A DNA stretch of 64,000 nucleotides, taken from NCBI GenBank assembly GCA_963693365.1, contig CAVNZM010000015.1, positions 6,039,331-6,103,330 of the forward strand, read 5' to 3'. The translations under genes were made by a program, and so were the position numbers. The notes below the pieces were generated by a model, which made no database searches, was not told the DNA's origin, and worked only from the letters and a program-made list of their open reading frames with translations. The stretch comes from Amoebidium appalachense (taxonomy: Eukaryota > Protista > Ichthyosporea). Below, piece by piece: positions 1 through 19,791 of this stretch (positions within the stretch are counted from its first letter, which is position 1; each line of letters begins with the position of its first letter).

Positions 1-1
1 C

Positions 2-175
2 GCCGTTCCCCTCTCGTTGTACACAGGCGGCAGGTCCCGCGACCGGTACCTCGCGCTGCTGCTGGCCGCGCAGAGCCAGCCGCCGCCCCACGACTACTCC
101 GCGCTGGCCGCCTTCGTGCTGGACTGCGCAAGGGCGAACCTGGTCTCCGTGTGCAACGCTCTGGATTTGGAATGA
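2..175 (+). CDS. 3' end of an intronless ORF, possibly a Fic/Fido-domain C-terminus (partial, runs off the window)
   Basis: Frame 2 is open from the window edge: AVPLSLYTGGRSRDRYLALLLAAQSQPPPHDYSALAAFVLDCARANLVSVCNALDLE*. The P...R..Y...L..AQ...D...L..FV pattern resembles Fido C-terminal helices. The catalytic motif is not in the window. Confidence 0.35.
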   Translation, partial: AVPLSLYTGGRSRDRYLALLLAAQSQPPPHDYSALAAFVLDCARANLVSVCNALDLE

Positions 176-213
176 AGCTGTATCTGTCGACGCTTATCGC
201 GCCCTACATCAAC

Positions 214-1089
214 ATGGACACACCCTCCAAAGCCAGGACACGTGTGCGGATCCTGCTGCCCGGGGGCGGCGTCAAGGGCTGCTTCCAAGTCGGGTTCATG
301 CAGGGGATGCTCGCTTCGGGGCTGTACCGGGTCGACAGGGTGTACGGCACGTCCGTCGGCGCGCTGGTGGCGCCGTTCGTGGTTGCCGACCGCCTGGACG
401 ACCTGGCGCGCGAGCTGGGGGAGCTGAAGTGCGTGGAGGACATTGTGGAACCGTGGGGTGGCGCAATGGCGCTGCTTCCGAAAACCTGGAGGACGGTTGT
501 CCGGTCAATGCTGTACGGGGCGGCGTACAGCCGCTTCACCCTGCAGGAGCGTGCGGCGGCGCTTCTGGAGGGCATCGACGCGGACATCTACACGCGCTGC
601 CACTGCGTCGCCTGGGACTTCCTCAACAAGAAGGAGCGGTGGTTCACAGGGCCCGAGTACCAGGTCGGCATGCGCGCGTCTTCGGCCCTTCCACTCGCGG
701 TCCCCCCCGTCGAGTACGGCGGCACCGTGTTTCTGGACGGCGGCGTCTCTGAGCTGGTGCCCCTCACCAAAGCACTCGAGGATGCCGCAGATGGGTTCGA
801 CAGCATCTACGTCACGGTGCTGTGCGACTCGCTGGCGCACTGCCCCGCAGAATCCGTGCCAAAAACGGGCATGGAGCTCTGCTATGCGCTGCAGCGTGAC
901 TCGAGCACCGAGCTAGCGGCCACCGAGTTCGCCAACCTCCGCACCCGCCTCGGAGATCGCCTCGTGGTGGTCGCTCCGGAGCGGAGGCTGTTTGCGTCGC
1001 CCATGGACGTCGACCCCGGGAAGGTCGCGCAGGCGCTTGCGGATGGCCGCACGGCGTTTGCTACCTGGGCCGCCGCAGCACGTCAATAA
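214..1089 (+). CDS. Patatin-like phospholipase, intronless
   Basis: Glycine loop GGGVKG, nucleophile elbow GTSVG and catalytic DGG motif. First in-frame ATG at 214 within ORF 151..1089. The stop codon overlaps AATAAA. Confidence 0.9.
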   Translation: MDTPSKARTRVRILLPGGGVKGCFQVGFMQGMLASGLYRVDRVYGTSVGALVAPFVVADRLDDLARELGELKCVEDIVEPWGGAMALLPKTWRTVVRSMLYGAAYSRFTLQERAAALLEGIDADIYTRCHCVAWDFLNKKERWFTGPEYQVGMRASSALPLAVPPVEYGGTVFLDGGVSELVPLTKALEDAADGFDSIYVTVLCDSLAHCPAESVPKTGMELCYALQRDSSTELAATEFANLRTRLGDRLVVVAPERRLFASPMDVDPGKVAQALADGRTAFATWAAAARQ

Positions 1090-1793
1090 ACCCAACCCGA
1101 GTCGAGTCCATATCTGTCGTCCTCGGTCACCCATCCGCGCCGCCTGGGGGCCAGTGGGGGCCTGGGTGGCGGGGGGTGGCTTGCGTGGCATGGGTGGCAC
1201 GCGAGGCTCATGCCGCCGGCGAGACCACCGTGCCTGCCGTGCCCCTCCCGGCCACCCGGGCCCTGCGCAGGCCCGCCCAGCCCCGCCCGGCCACGCTGCG
1301 GGGAGCTCCTGTGTCCTGGCAAGACCTTCTCGGTTCACTTGCATAGCCATGGGGATCTTACGGCAAGTAGCGACCCCAACACACACCAAAATGGGTTTTA
1401 GTATAAATTATTTGCTTGGGTTGTTCGTTTACTTAGTGGTAGTAAGGTCGAAAGAGTAGTAACTTACTTTTAGAAAAAAATAAAAAGGGCAAAAATATTT
1501 CCAGTCTAAAAATTACCTACGACCTGCCTACCCAGCTACCCCAACCGCGTGGCTATTGTGGCTACTGTGTCCACTTCTTTCCGACTCACACCCAAACCAG
1601 AGATCTCCCTAGCAACGACCAATCAAAAGCCTCCAAAGACCACCCCCGCCCCCGATTTATTTCACTAGCCACACTAGCCACAGAGAGAAAAAGTAGCCAC
1701 ACTAGCCACAGAGGACCCAATGGCGCGATTTGATTGGCTGTCGGATCTGGTCACGTTCTAGCCACTAGCCACACAACACGACACACAAGCACG

Positions 1794-2507
1794 CTACACT
1801 CCGATAAGTTTGCGATCGAGACCATAGCAGCGTGTAAAGTCTGAAGCGGCCTCACAACCTTCAGCGCCGTAGGCTATTGTGTTGATGCGGGTGCTCTTAA
1901 TTTTGCCCAGGATGGCCGTAACTGCAATCCCAAAGTCGCGCTGGGTGGGCCGCTTGGACTTATCGGGTGTGTTGTGTTCCCACCAGGACTGGTAGAGTTG
2001 GAAGAGGGCAGCAGGAGTAACCCTCGCGCCGTCTTCGAACGCGGGCACATCCTCAAACCCGTTCTCGCGCTTCAGCAGGTCCCGCAGGAACTGCAGCTCC
2101 ATCGGCCCGCTGAGGTCCTGCAGCTGCCGCTTCAGGGTGGTCATGGGGGGCGGGACACGGTTGGGGGCATGGGTGGCCCGCGAGGCCCTGGGCCCTGCGA
2201 GACTGCTGTGCCTCGCATGCCCTACAGGCCCCTCCCAGCCACGCAGGCCCCGCGCTAGTTTTTGACTGGGCTTGGGGTGTCTTGGGTGTGCTGCTCCATG
2301 TGCCGCTTGAGACTCACTGCGAAACCGCCTCCCACACCCCGCGTGCGTGCACACATGCCGCAGGACACCCGTGTGTTTGTCGCTGTGCGCCGCGAAGTTG
2401 CTGTTGCGTGTTGTGGAATACGTGCAGCCCTCGATGGTGCACCTGTAGACTTTGTACTCCTTGACCATCACAGCGCCCCTCTCAGGATGACACGTACAGA
2501 TGTGCAT
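1794..2507 (-). CDS. Composite ORF: two C2H2 zinc fingers, a GC-rich linker and a winged-helix-like C-terminus resembling D5/SF3 primase-helicase ends; probably rearranged
   Basis: YRCTIEGCTYSTTRNSNFAAHSDKH and HVCTHAGCGRRFRSESQAAH are C2H2 fingers. The C-terminus VTPAALFQLYQSWWEHN...TQRDFGIAV...RCYGL fits the 'L(Y/F)..Y..W.....F...L' pattern of D5-like helicase C-terminal domains. Confidence 0.45.
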   Translation of the reverse strand: MHICTCHPERGAVMVKEYKVYRCTIEGCTYSTTRNSNFAAHSDKHTGVLRHVCTHAGCGRRFRSESQAAHGAAHPRHPKPSQKLARGLRGWEGPVGHARHSSLAGPRASRATHAPNRVPPPMTTLKRQLQDLSGPMELQFLRDLLKRENGFEDVPAFEDGARVTPAALFQLYQSWWEHNTPDKSKRPTQRDFGIAVTAILGKIKSTRINTIAYGAEGCEAASDFTRCYGLDRKLIGV

Positions 2508-2577
2508 GCTTTTACCAAGGGGAGAGAAAAAACATTCTAACCCGGACCACTACAGCGATGGCGGGAAAATATTTTCT

Positions 2578-3141
2578 ATGCCACCAATAAGAATGCTGGC
2601 GAGCCCTACCCCCAAACGTCAGCGCGGCGACGCCGAAGCCACGGTCGCGCGCCGTCTGTTCCTAGCCACGGACGACGGACAGCCACGCTTTGTGTCTTCC
2701 AGTTGCCTTGGTCGCTGGGCGGATCTGAACCAGATTCTGCAGTTTCTACAGTCGAAGATAGCAAGCGTGGTTCATGCAAGTAACACGTATATCGTCAAGC
2801 TCAGTAGTGGCAACAGGTCTGTTTTTGAGATCATGGGAAAGGACGCAGTCGCTACCAAATTGGCATCGATGCAGTTTCTGTACATCACAACAGACAAGAA
2901 AGGAAACCCGGTGGAGAACTGGTACAAGGGTGAGAACTACCTACTACGTGAGCCTGTGTGCACATGGTTTGGGCGTATTGTTTTTGACCCCTCCGACCCC
3001 AACTGCACGTCAGATGACAACATATACAACTTCAACATGTACAAGGGCATGGCCTTTGCCCCTGTTGACGGTTTCAGAGTGGAGATGGAGAGGGTGAGAC
3101 CCATGCTCTGGCATCTAGATGGAGAGGGTGATGGCAGCTGA
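2578..3141 (+). pseudogene. Truncated N-terminal part of a putative D5/SF3 primase-helicase
   Basis: RIVFDP...YNFNMYKG...VRPMLWHL resembles the segment preceding the ATPase in D5-like helicases. The ORF breaks at a 15-nt direct repeat (agatggagagggtga, 3083 and 3117) before any Walker A motif. Confidence 0.45.
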
Positions 3142-3821
3142 CAACCCCATCATGGGCAACTTCCTCGCGGTCTGGCCCCGAGAGGTTTTCATCTTCTGAA
3201 CCACTATGCGATTTCTTGTTCAACAAACATGAAGTGAATCAAAAGCGGTTACATCAAACACCACATCAAAGCTGTATAACTTGAACCAACCATAAATACC
3301 GCCTCCAAAATCACCTCTTTTAAACCAACGCAAAAGAAAAAAAAGCCAAAAAAAAGGGAAAAATTCAAGAGGACTCGTATGCATGGTGTCACCAAATCAG
3401 CTGACAGTCCGTGGCTCGTTAGCCGGGTGATCTGAGTTGTCAGCGCTGGCGATTATGAACAGGTGTAATGGTGCTGTAAGGTGGACATGCTATACGTTAG
3501 CCTACAATGTCATCCTTAGTGGAGTCTCAGCGGAAATCGACAAAAAACACACATAACACAAAATGTTCGTAAGTGTTTGGGCCACTTCTCTGTCTTTCCC
3601 TCCCTCACTGATGAATCTGGCAGATCGATGCATCGGACGATCTGAGGCGATCGAGATTTCCCGCCATGTTTACCAATCTGGTTAAAACATAAGATAAAGC
3701 ATTGGTCTAGATGGGAAATAGATCTATTCCTCCCGGGCCTGGGCCTCCGGACGAGGAGAGGAGCGGCCCATGAGTTCGAAGTTGTTTTTGTCTCAGTGAA
3801 GCTTAAGAGAGAGAGGGCGAC

Positions 3822-3825
<4 letters not shown>

Positions 3826-3900
<75 letters not shown>
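3826..3900. repeat. (GA)n microsatellite
   Basis: Pure GA dinucleotide run. Confidence 0.95.
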
Positions 3901-3905
<5 letters not shown>

Positions 3906-4590
3906 TATTTCTAATAGCTGCATAGGAGAGTTACGCGCTTAAAGCTAACTAGGGCCTTCATTCTCACATCTTCAGGCTTGTGCACATGCAACATTGCCCG
4001 TTGCCAGATGTACTATTAGTTACCTTCACTGTTACAAACCGGTCGGGGCATCATTTGAGCACCATGTTGTGGCAACAAGATAGACCTCTCGGTTTTTTAA
4101 TTAGGCCTAGGCCGAGTTCTTCTAGGATGGCTTTTAGGTGCTTTTGTGAGTCCAAGAGGTATGAGTGCCCCCCCCCCCCCCCCCCCTCCCCCGGCCCCCC
4201 CCTCCCCCCCTCCCCCCTCCCCTCCGTGCTCATCTCACCCTCTCTCCCTCTCCTCTATCCGTGATCTTCCTCCCCCCTCTCCCCCCTCCCACCGCCCCCC
4301 ACCCTCCTTGCTTTCCTCCCCCCAGCCCTATCCTGTATCTTTTTGAAACACTATGGCTGAGACAGATGGTTTCAGCCATGGTGTTCACGTGAGCCGTTGT
4401 AGCGCATGCAGAAACCAATATGGACACACAGGGCCTTTCAACTCTGTGTGTTTCAGTTTTTCCGATCTCTATTCCTACACCGGCTACCCATGCACTTTGT
4501 CAAGAGACCTCTTGCGTGCCCTAACTGGCTCTCAGTCTTGTTTTCAGCACGGGAGGTGTCGGGTACACATAGCTTTTACGACTATTTCAA

Positions 4591-4621
<31 letters not shown>

Positions 4622-5007
4622 CCCAACACTCACACCCACACCCACACACACACACAATGAAGCAAAAGGTGAAATGTATTGAAATACTGCTCTAATACAA
4701 AATATTCTAGTCCCCCCTGCCCCCTCTCCCCCTCTCCCGCTTCCCCTCCCCCCCCTCCCCTCGTCACCACCCTCCCCCCCCCCCCCCCCCTCACCCCCCA
4801 CCTCCCCCCCCCCCCCCCCCCCCCCAATACACAAAATAAGTGTATAAAGTGGAATATAATGAAATACTACATACCCCCCCCCCCCCCCCACCCTTCTCCC
4901 CTCTACTGCAGCCCGCCCTTCCTCCCCCCTCCCCCCACCCCCCCCCCCCCCCCACCCCCACCCCCTCCCTCCCCCGGCCCAAAAAATAACCCGTGCACCA
5001 CCTGCAG

Positions 5008-12983
<7,976 letters not shown>

Positions 12984-13552
12984 GATGCCATGCTTACCAT
13001 ATTTGGAAGTGGTGGCGTGGATAACCCTAAATAGCCTGGAGGGCATGAATGACCTTATATGTATGTAAATCGGATCTAACGAGAAAAACTCTAGTGGTGA
13101 TGTTCGTTTTTGCTGGTGATATTGGCTAATAAGTATGAATATCAGAATGAAATATAACCATAAATCATGATGGTGGTGTGTATCAGTGCGTACCATATAT
13201 GGTCATAACGGCGTATGAATGTCAGCTCAGATCCCCGGCACAAATGGTCATATCGAGCATGAATAATTTTAATGTCGAGTACGAGATATCCCCAAAAGCC
13301 TCAGTGCCCACCAGTACTGGGGAAGTGGGCAAGGTAGCTTCTATTGAACAGACAGTCTGCGTGACGCAAGTGCACACATTTGCTGTGAACCACATGGGGA
13401 CAAGGAATTTCGATGACTGGTCAATACATGAATAAATGGTGGTGAGCTCATAATGATCCCTAACGGCTATACAAGCACTTAGCACCATGTATGGTAAATA
13501 CAGCAGAAATACATGTACAACACCTCAACCCCTCAATACCTCAATACCTCAA

Positions 13553-14077
13553 TCATTTAGTTGTTTGCACACTGGGCAACTGTGATGCTTGGTCTGTGGC
13601 GTTTTTCTTGAACGGGTAGTCAGCCGACAGCCCCGTGCGCACAAGGGCGTCCCACGTGTCCACCAGGGACCTTGCACGTGATGTCTCCATCTCCTTAGCC
13701 TGGAGCTGCATGTCCCTCTCATGCAGTTTCGCTTTCAGCTTCTCCCTTTCTTCCTCCTGCTTCTCTTTCAGCTCCATTTCGCTTCGCAGCCGGGCCTCCC
13801 TCTCTTCCTCCTGCTTCTCCTTCAGCTCCATTTCGCTTCGCAGCCGGGCCTCCCTCGCTTCCTCCAGCTTCTCCTTCAGCTTCTCCATCTCTTCCTGATG
13901 CTTCACCTTCAGCTCCATTTCGCTTCGCAGCCGGGCCACCTCAGCCTTGCCGCGCTCCACGTAGATGGTGCATGCGACAATTACTGCAGCAAATCCTACC
14001 CATGTTCCAACGACCGGAGTGCTTTTCTTGAAGCTTTCCAGCACAACTTGGAAAGTACTTGCAGAAGGGCTGGCCAT
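13553..14077 (-). CDS. Small protein with an N-terminal hydrophobic (TM-like) segment and a repetitive coiled coil
   Basis: ATG-started 174-aa intronless ORF. Hydrophobic VVGTWVGFAAVIVACTIYV is followed by ARLRSEMELK three times (18-aa/54-nt tandem unit). Confidence 0.55.
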   Translation of the reverse strand: MASPSASTFQVVLESFKKSTPVVGTWVGFAAVIVACTIYVERGKAEVARLRSEMELKVKHQEEMEKLKEKLEEAREARLRSEMELKEKQEEEREARLRSEMELKEKQEEEREKLKAKLHERDMQLQAKEMETSRARSLVDTWDALVRTGLSADYPFKKNATDQASQLPSVQTTK

Positions 14078-14826
14078 GTCTGAAATCTGTGAAACTGCGT
14101 GTCAGTCAACTCTGACGTCAGACGACATTATCATGTGCCGTTCGTTCGTTCTCAAATTCTGTAAGATCTTTCCGAGGATTAAAATATACATAAATTCATA
14201 TTAATTCTCAGGCAGCACCTACACTACACCTACTGAAAACCAGGGTGTGTATACACTAATACTATGCCCTAGTTAACATATGCAGGCTAGGAGAAGCTGT
14301 CATCTTCCCATGATTAACGGCAAGACTTAGAAGTTGAGTTTTTATACATGTTTATTAGTTTGTTGTAGTTTGTTTCCTTTTCCCTTTTCCTTTCTTCCTT
14401 TCTTTCTTTCCTTTCCGTTTCCGTGTGCACAGATATCTTAGATCTATGTACACATCGAGCTATTTGGCCCGCGCACACGTATTGTTGTTTGCGTCAATGT
14501 CTAAATAAGTTGTCCAATCAGATCTCGTTATATTTTCCCAAATATAGTAACCTACATTCCTGATTAATTCTATTCGATTCCTTTCCCATTCCATTCCTTT
14601 CTATCCTCATTCCTTTTCCTTCTTTTCCCACGACGTAGCATTGCTCTATGTCCCCCAACTATTAGGAATACTTATATTTAGACGTGTTATGTTAAGAACA
14701 TGTATAAATATATGATGTGAACTAATAGATACATAAGTGGTTTCATTTTGTTAAATGTTTCCGTACTTTTATTATTAGAAGATTACTTTCATTAGAGGAT
14801 TGCGTTTTATCTTCTATGTGTCGACA

Positions 14827-16480
14827 CATCAGCAATCTTGCGCGAACATCCAAAACATATCAAACCCATCTAGGATATGCAACTGTATATTAATGGATAT
14901 CCTTTGGATATACACACGATATGTAGGATGGTTTCAGTCGAACATATCAATACCATCCACTGGATATATACAACATGTCTATTTCCTCCTGACCTCCAAC
15001 CAATGTCCAATATATATGTAGTTGCATGCTTAGATAGTGATCAAGATATTGCACCCCCAATAGATATCACATATGGATTTCCATGCTGTACCTCCATTGG
15101 GCATCGTTGTGATATAACATATCTGGATATGCAATCAATGCTTATATGGATACATAAGTGCACCTATAATGGCCATTAAATACACATTAGATGCATATCA
15201 TCGGAATGCAGACATCAAACGCCATCTGGTTGGTTCGGCATGTATTGGATATTAGACAGATGCCCACAATGGATATTGACGCTGGATATCCAATTATGGA
15301 ATTTCAACTGCATTCCTCCGTTGGATAGCTATATGGATATGTAACATTCTGGATATCCATTTGGATGCTTAGCTGTATATTAGACTGGATCCGTAACAAC
15401 ATATCCAATACATGACTGACACGGATATCCGATCAAAACCCCCATACAGATATCAAGATATCCCTGTCGCAAGACATGCAATACACCTAACAAGTATATC
15501 CAATGGCGGTCTATAGTGGATGTCCATATTGGATATCCATTGAAATATCCAGATGGATCGCTAATACATGTGCACTTGACCCCAAGGGCTAATGAACAAT
15601 GCATGCCCATATTGGATACGTTCAATGGATATCCATTCCGATATCCAGATACATACGCATTTGTTTGTCCACTAGACCCTCCTATAATAACCAAAGCATG
15701 ACGATTCTACATATCCAATTAGATCACCAAATATGGCTCTGACGGTTATCCATATACACCCGCACGCTGATGTCCAATAGACAATCATACTAAGACACAA
15801 TGGATAGCTATACTGGTTATCTAGGCTCAACATCCATACAGATATCTTGATACACCTGCATTTGCCCATCCACTAGACCCTAATACTAATATCCAATGCA
15901 TGACGAAAATACATATATCAATAGACCCCCATACCGATCTCCAACGGCTATCCATATGCACCCCTGCTTATCCACCCAATATATGTCGATATTCATATAC
16001 AATGCATCACCATTCACAATATCTAAGCTTAATATCCAACATGATATGCGGATACATATACACCTACATATGCACTCGGCACCTATGTTGATACCTAATA
16101 CATGAAAAACAAACATATCAAAGTAGATGCCCAACCTAATGCCTAACACTTAACAAACATACATGTTTTGGGATATCCATTTACACCCGTATCTAATACT
16201 CAAAATATCACTATAACAGCTATCTGGGTTGATACCCATACAGATAGCCAGATACATCTGTAGCTACATCTCTAGGGTATATCCACTGGATCAATTGCAT
16301 AATTTTGGTAGGCTGTATATCTGTAGCATATCTATTAGGGTGTATTTGATATGTAATAAGGCATTTCCGGATAAACATTATACATCTTTACCGATCCATC
16401 GCATAACCATATGATGGCTAATGACCACCATTGATAAATAATTTATGTCTGGTCTTATATCTATCACATAAGTAATACTT
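14827..16480. mobile_element. Probable left end and subterminal repeat array of a CACTA/CMC-like DNA element (right end not found)
   Basis: Begins CATCAGCAA, the same terminus as the TIR element at 37402. It is followed by ~1.6 kb dense in GGATAT/ATATCC/GGATATCC motifs in both orientations. Confidence 0.45.
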
Positions 16481-16614
16481 ATCCCCGGCACAAAGTTACA
16501 CAACCACGTTATACTCGGTTCCACAAATCAAGGGGAAGAAATAGATAAAAACTTTGAAGGGAAGAAAAAAAAAAGAAAAAATATAGTTTAGTGACAAACA
16601 CACACACACATGAG

Positions 16615-16691
<77 letters not shown>

Positions 16692-16719
16692 GTCACCCAC
16701 AAACACACACACACATGAG

Positions 16720-16764
<45 letters not shown>

Positions 16765-16793
16765 GGGGGGGGGGTAACATTAAAAAAAGTTAC

Positions 16794-17025
16794 CTTGCAT
16801 GATAACGTCGTCCTCGGTGTCCCTGAGGTTGTCTTCTTCTCCATCATCAGTCTGAGGGAATGGGATCCCTACATCCTCCCCCTCCACCGCCTCCAACAGC
16901 TCCTCCAAAGAAACATCGGGGGCCTCGTCTTCCACAATTAAATTGGCCCCCCTCTCCTCCTCCAGACCCATGACGATGGTCCTACGCAAATCCAGGGCAT
17001 CCCAACGCCGTACCTTGGTTGCTAC
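16794..17025 (-). CDS. Isolated acidic coding exon of an unknown spliced gene
   Basis: Acceptor ctcag| and donor |gtaact flank an open frame VATKVRRWDALDLRR...EDNLRDTEDDVIMQ, set between (CA)n tracts. Confidence 0.45.
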
Positions 17026-17119
17026 CTGAGAAAGCAGAAAGCAACAGAACGTGTGCGAGAATGTGGGACCTATACAAACAGTACATACACACAACGCCTG
17101 AGGGGACTAAAAAGATTCA

Positions 17120-17121
17120 TA

Positions 17122-17158
<37 letters not shown>

Positions 17159-17268
17159 CACAGTGTCACACACACACACACACACACACACACAAGCACA
17201 GTGTCACACACACACACACACACACACACACTGGCACACACACACACACACACACACACAACCACGAG

Positions 17269-17353
<85 letters not shown>

Positions 17354-17406
17354 CGAGGCACACACACACCACACACACACACACACAAACCCGAGGCACA
17401 CACACA

Positions 17407-17504
<98 letters not shown>

Positions 17505-17764
17505 CCACGAGGCACACACACACACACACACACACATACAAGCACCGTGACGAGGCACACACACACACACACACACAAGCACGAGGCACACACACACAAG
17601 CACCGTGACGAGGCACACACACACACACACACACAAGCACGAGGCACACACACACAAGCACCGTGACAAGGCACACACACACACACACACACAAGCACGA
17701 GGCACACACACACAAGCACCGTGACGAGGCACACACACACACACACACAAGCACGAGGCACACA

Positions 17765-17843
<79 letters not shown>

Positions 17844-17882
17844 CGAGGCACACACACACGTACACACATTCTGGGACACACA

Positions 17883-17932
<50 letters not shown>

Positions 17933-17964
17933 CGAGGCACACACACACATACACACATTCTGGG

Positions 17965-17996
<32 letters not shown>

Positions 17997-18143
17997 ACAC
18001 ACACACACATACACACACACACACATACACACACAAGCACCGTGACGAGGCACACACACACACACACACACAAGCACGAGGCACACACACACAAGCACCG
18101 TGACGAGGCACACACACACACACACACAAGCACGAGGCACACA

Positions 18144-18198
<55 letters not shown>

Positions 18199-18229
18199 CG
18201 AGGCACACACACACACACACAAACACGAG

Positions 18230-18271
<42 letters not shown>

Positions 18272-18272
18272 A

Positions 18273-18327
<55 letters not shown>

Positions 18328-18396
18328 ACACACACACATACACACACAAGCACCGTGACGAGGCACACACACACACACACAAGCACGAGGCACACA

Positions 18397-18427
<31 letters not shown>

Positions 18428-18458
18428 GCGCGTGCGCGCGCGCGCACACACACACACA
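17120..18458. repeat. Compound (CA)n satellite with recurring interruptions (agcaccgtgacgaggc, aacacgaggc)
   Basis: Directly visible higher-order repeat. Confidence 0.9.
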
Positions 18459-19484
18459 TCTATGAAAACTACTCCGGGACGTGTGTTGCCTCTAGGGGGA
18501 CATCCCCTTGGACGAAAGTGAACCTGCAATGGTTGTAAACCACGGCAAGCCCCCAGTCATCAATTTATTGATCCGTGAGGTCCTTGTGCCCAAAAAACGG
18601 GGGAAGTCTTCAAGCCCCGTGAAAAAACAGCACGTATGTGGGGATCAATGGGGGTTGAGTGTAGGGTGTAGGTGGGTGGGTGAAAAGAAAATATAGCTGT
18701 AAAGCTGTAGGTGCTAAACACAGAAGATGTGTTTGTTGCTTGCTGATCTGCTAAAAACTGTCGTGCTTATATACCTAAGGCTACCGAACTGAGCCAATCA
18801 AAATCGATCTAGTGTTATGTGAAATCTGATCCTGAGCCAATCAAACTTGGTCTAGTGATCTGTGGAATCTGATGTTTTGATCGGCTAATAGGTGCCCGTA
18901 TGCGGGCCGCCGAACGCGAACTGCTAAAACATGAAACGAAGCCTGTTGATATCGGACACCCATCCTACGTGTTTACCCAGAAAAATATTTATGTCAATCT
19001 TTTCCACAAATAAAACCTCTATGAAAACTACTCCGGGACGTGTGTTGCCTCTAGGGGGACATCCCCTTGGACGAAAGTGAACCTGCAATGGTTGTAAACC
19101 ACGGCACGAGAGCAGTATGCTTGCTCCAAAGGTTTCACTTAAGAATAGAGGCGAATACACGTGTGGTAGTGGCAGCAATGGAGGCCGGACGAAGTCGGGT
19201 ATAGATCAGGAAACAGTCGGAGGACCACCTGCCGAGTTGTTTGATCCGGGAGTCGTCGACCCCGGCCTCAGCCAGTGCTGTGGCCCCCCCGATGCGGAGG
19301 CTGTGTCCGGCAAACCGGGAGGGTGAGAGGCCTGCCCGGGAGAGGAGGGCACGGAAGTCGGCAGAGAAAGCACTCTTGGTGTAGGGAATGCCACCGAGAC
19401 TGAAGAGGGGGTCGTCGGGTTGACCGGACGTTGTATCCAGGAACTGCCGGAGGAGATGGGCTGGGGAGAAGTAGGTGAGGGGCA

Positions 19485-19791
19485 TGCTACGAGATCGGTT
19501 AAGATCTCGCAGGCCACCAGTCCGATCGCATGAATTAGATCATGATCGGCTGGTGGCCTGCGAGATCTTAACCGATCTCGTAGCTCAGTTGGTAGAGCAC
19601 TCGACCGGAGATAGAGGGGTCGCGGGTTCAAATCCCGTCGGGATCATCTTTTTCTCATCCTCTTCTCGCTGGGGTAAAAGCCAGCACGCCTTTACTGGCG
19701 TCATCACAACCATCGGCAGTGGTTAGGTTGTGATCTCAAGGCTAGCAAGATCGCTAGTCTCTGCACCAGGACAAAATCCAAAATGGTAGCA
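19485..19791 (+). mobile_element. Rearranged copy of the tRNA-containing TRIM LTR fused to the Copia-A 5' LTR
   Basis: 19517-19791 matches the TRIM LTR (reverse complement of 32337-~32610). The first 36 nt are replaced by an inverted copy of 19550-19584. Confidence 0.9.
19574..19646 (+). tRNA. tRNA-like cloverleaf (tRNA-Phe-derived, anticodon reads GGA, C33); probably not a translational tRNA
   Basis: Acceptor GATCTCG/CGGGATC, D arm GCTC-AGTTGGTA-GAGC, anticodon arm CTCGA-CCGGAGA-TAGAG (one mismatch), short variable loop, T arm GCGGG-TTCAAAT-CCCGT. A and B boxes are intact and T5 follows. Confidence 0.8.

Noticed and set aside
3138-3443. Possible MITE bounded by gctgacaac inverted repeats
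   Set aside because: Only a 9-bp match, no TSD and no second copy in the window.
17120-18458. CRISPR-like pattern of recurring motifs with variable spacing
   Set aside because: The spacers are only (CA)n of varying length; eukaryotic context and no cas genes.
19574-19646. Functional tRNA-Ser(GGA)
   Set aside because: No long variable arm, C at position 33, a mismatch in the anticodon stem, and it occurs only inside TRIM LTRs.
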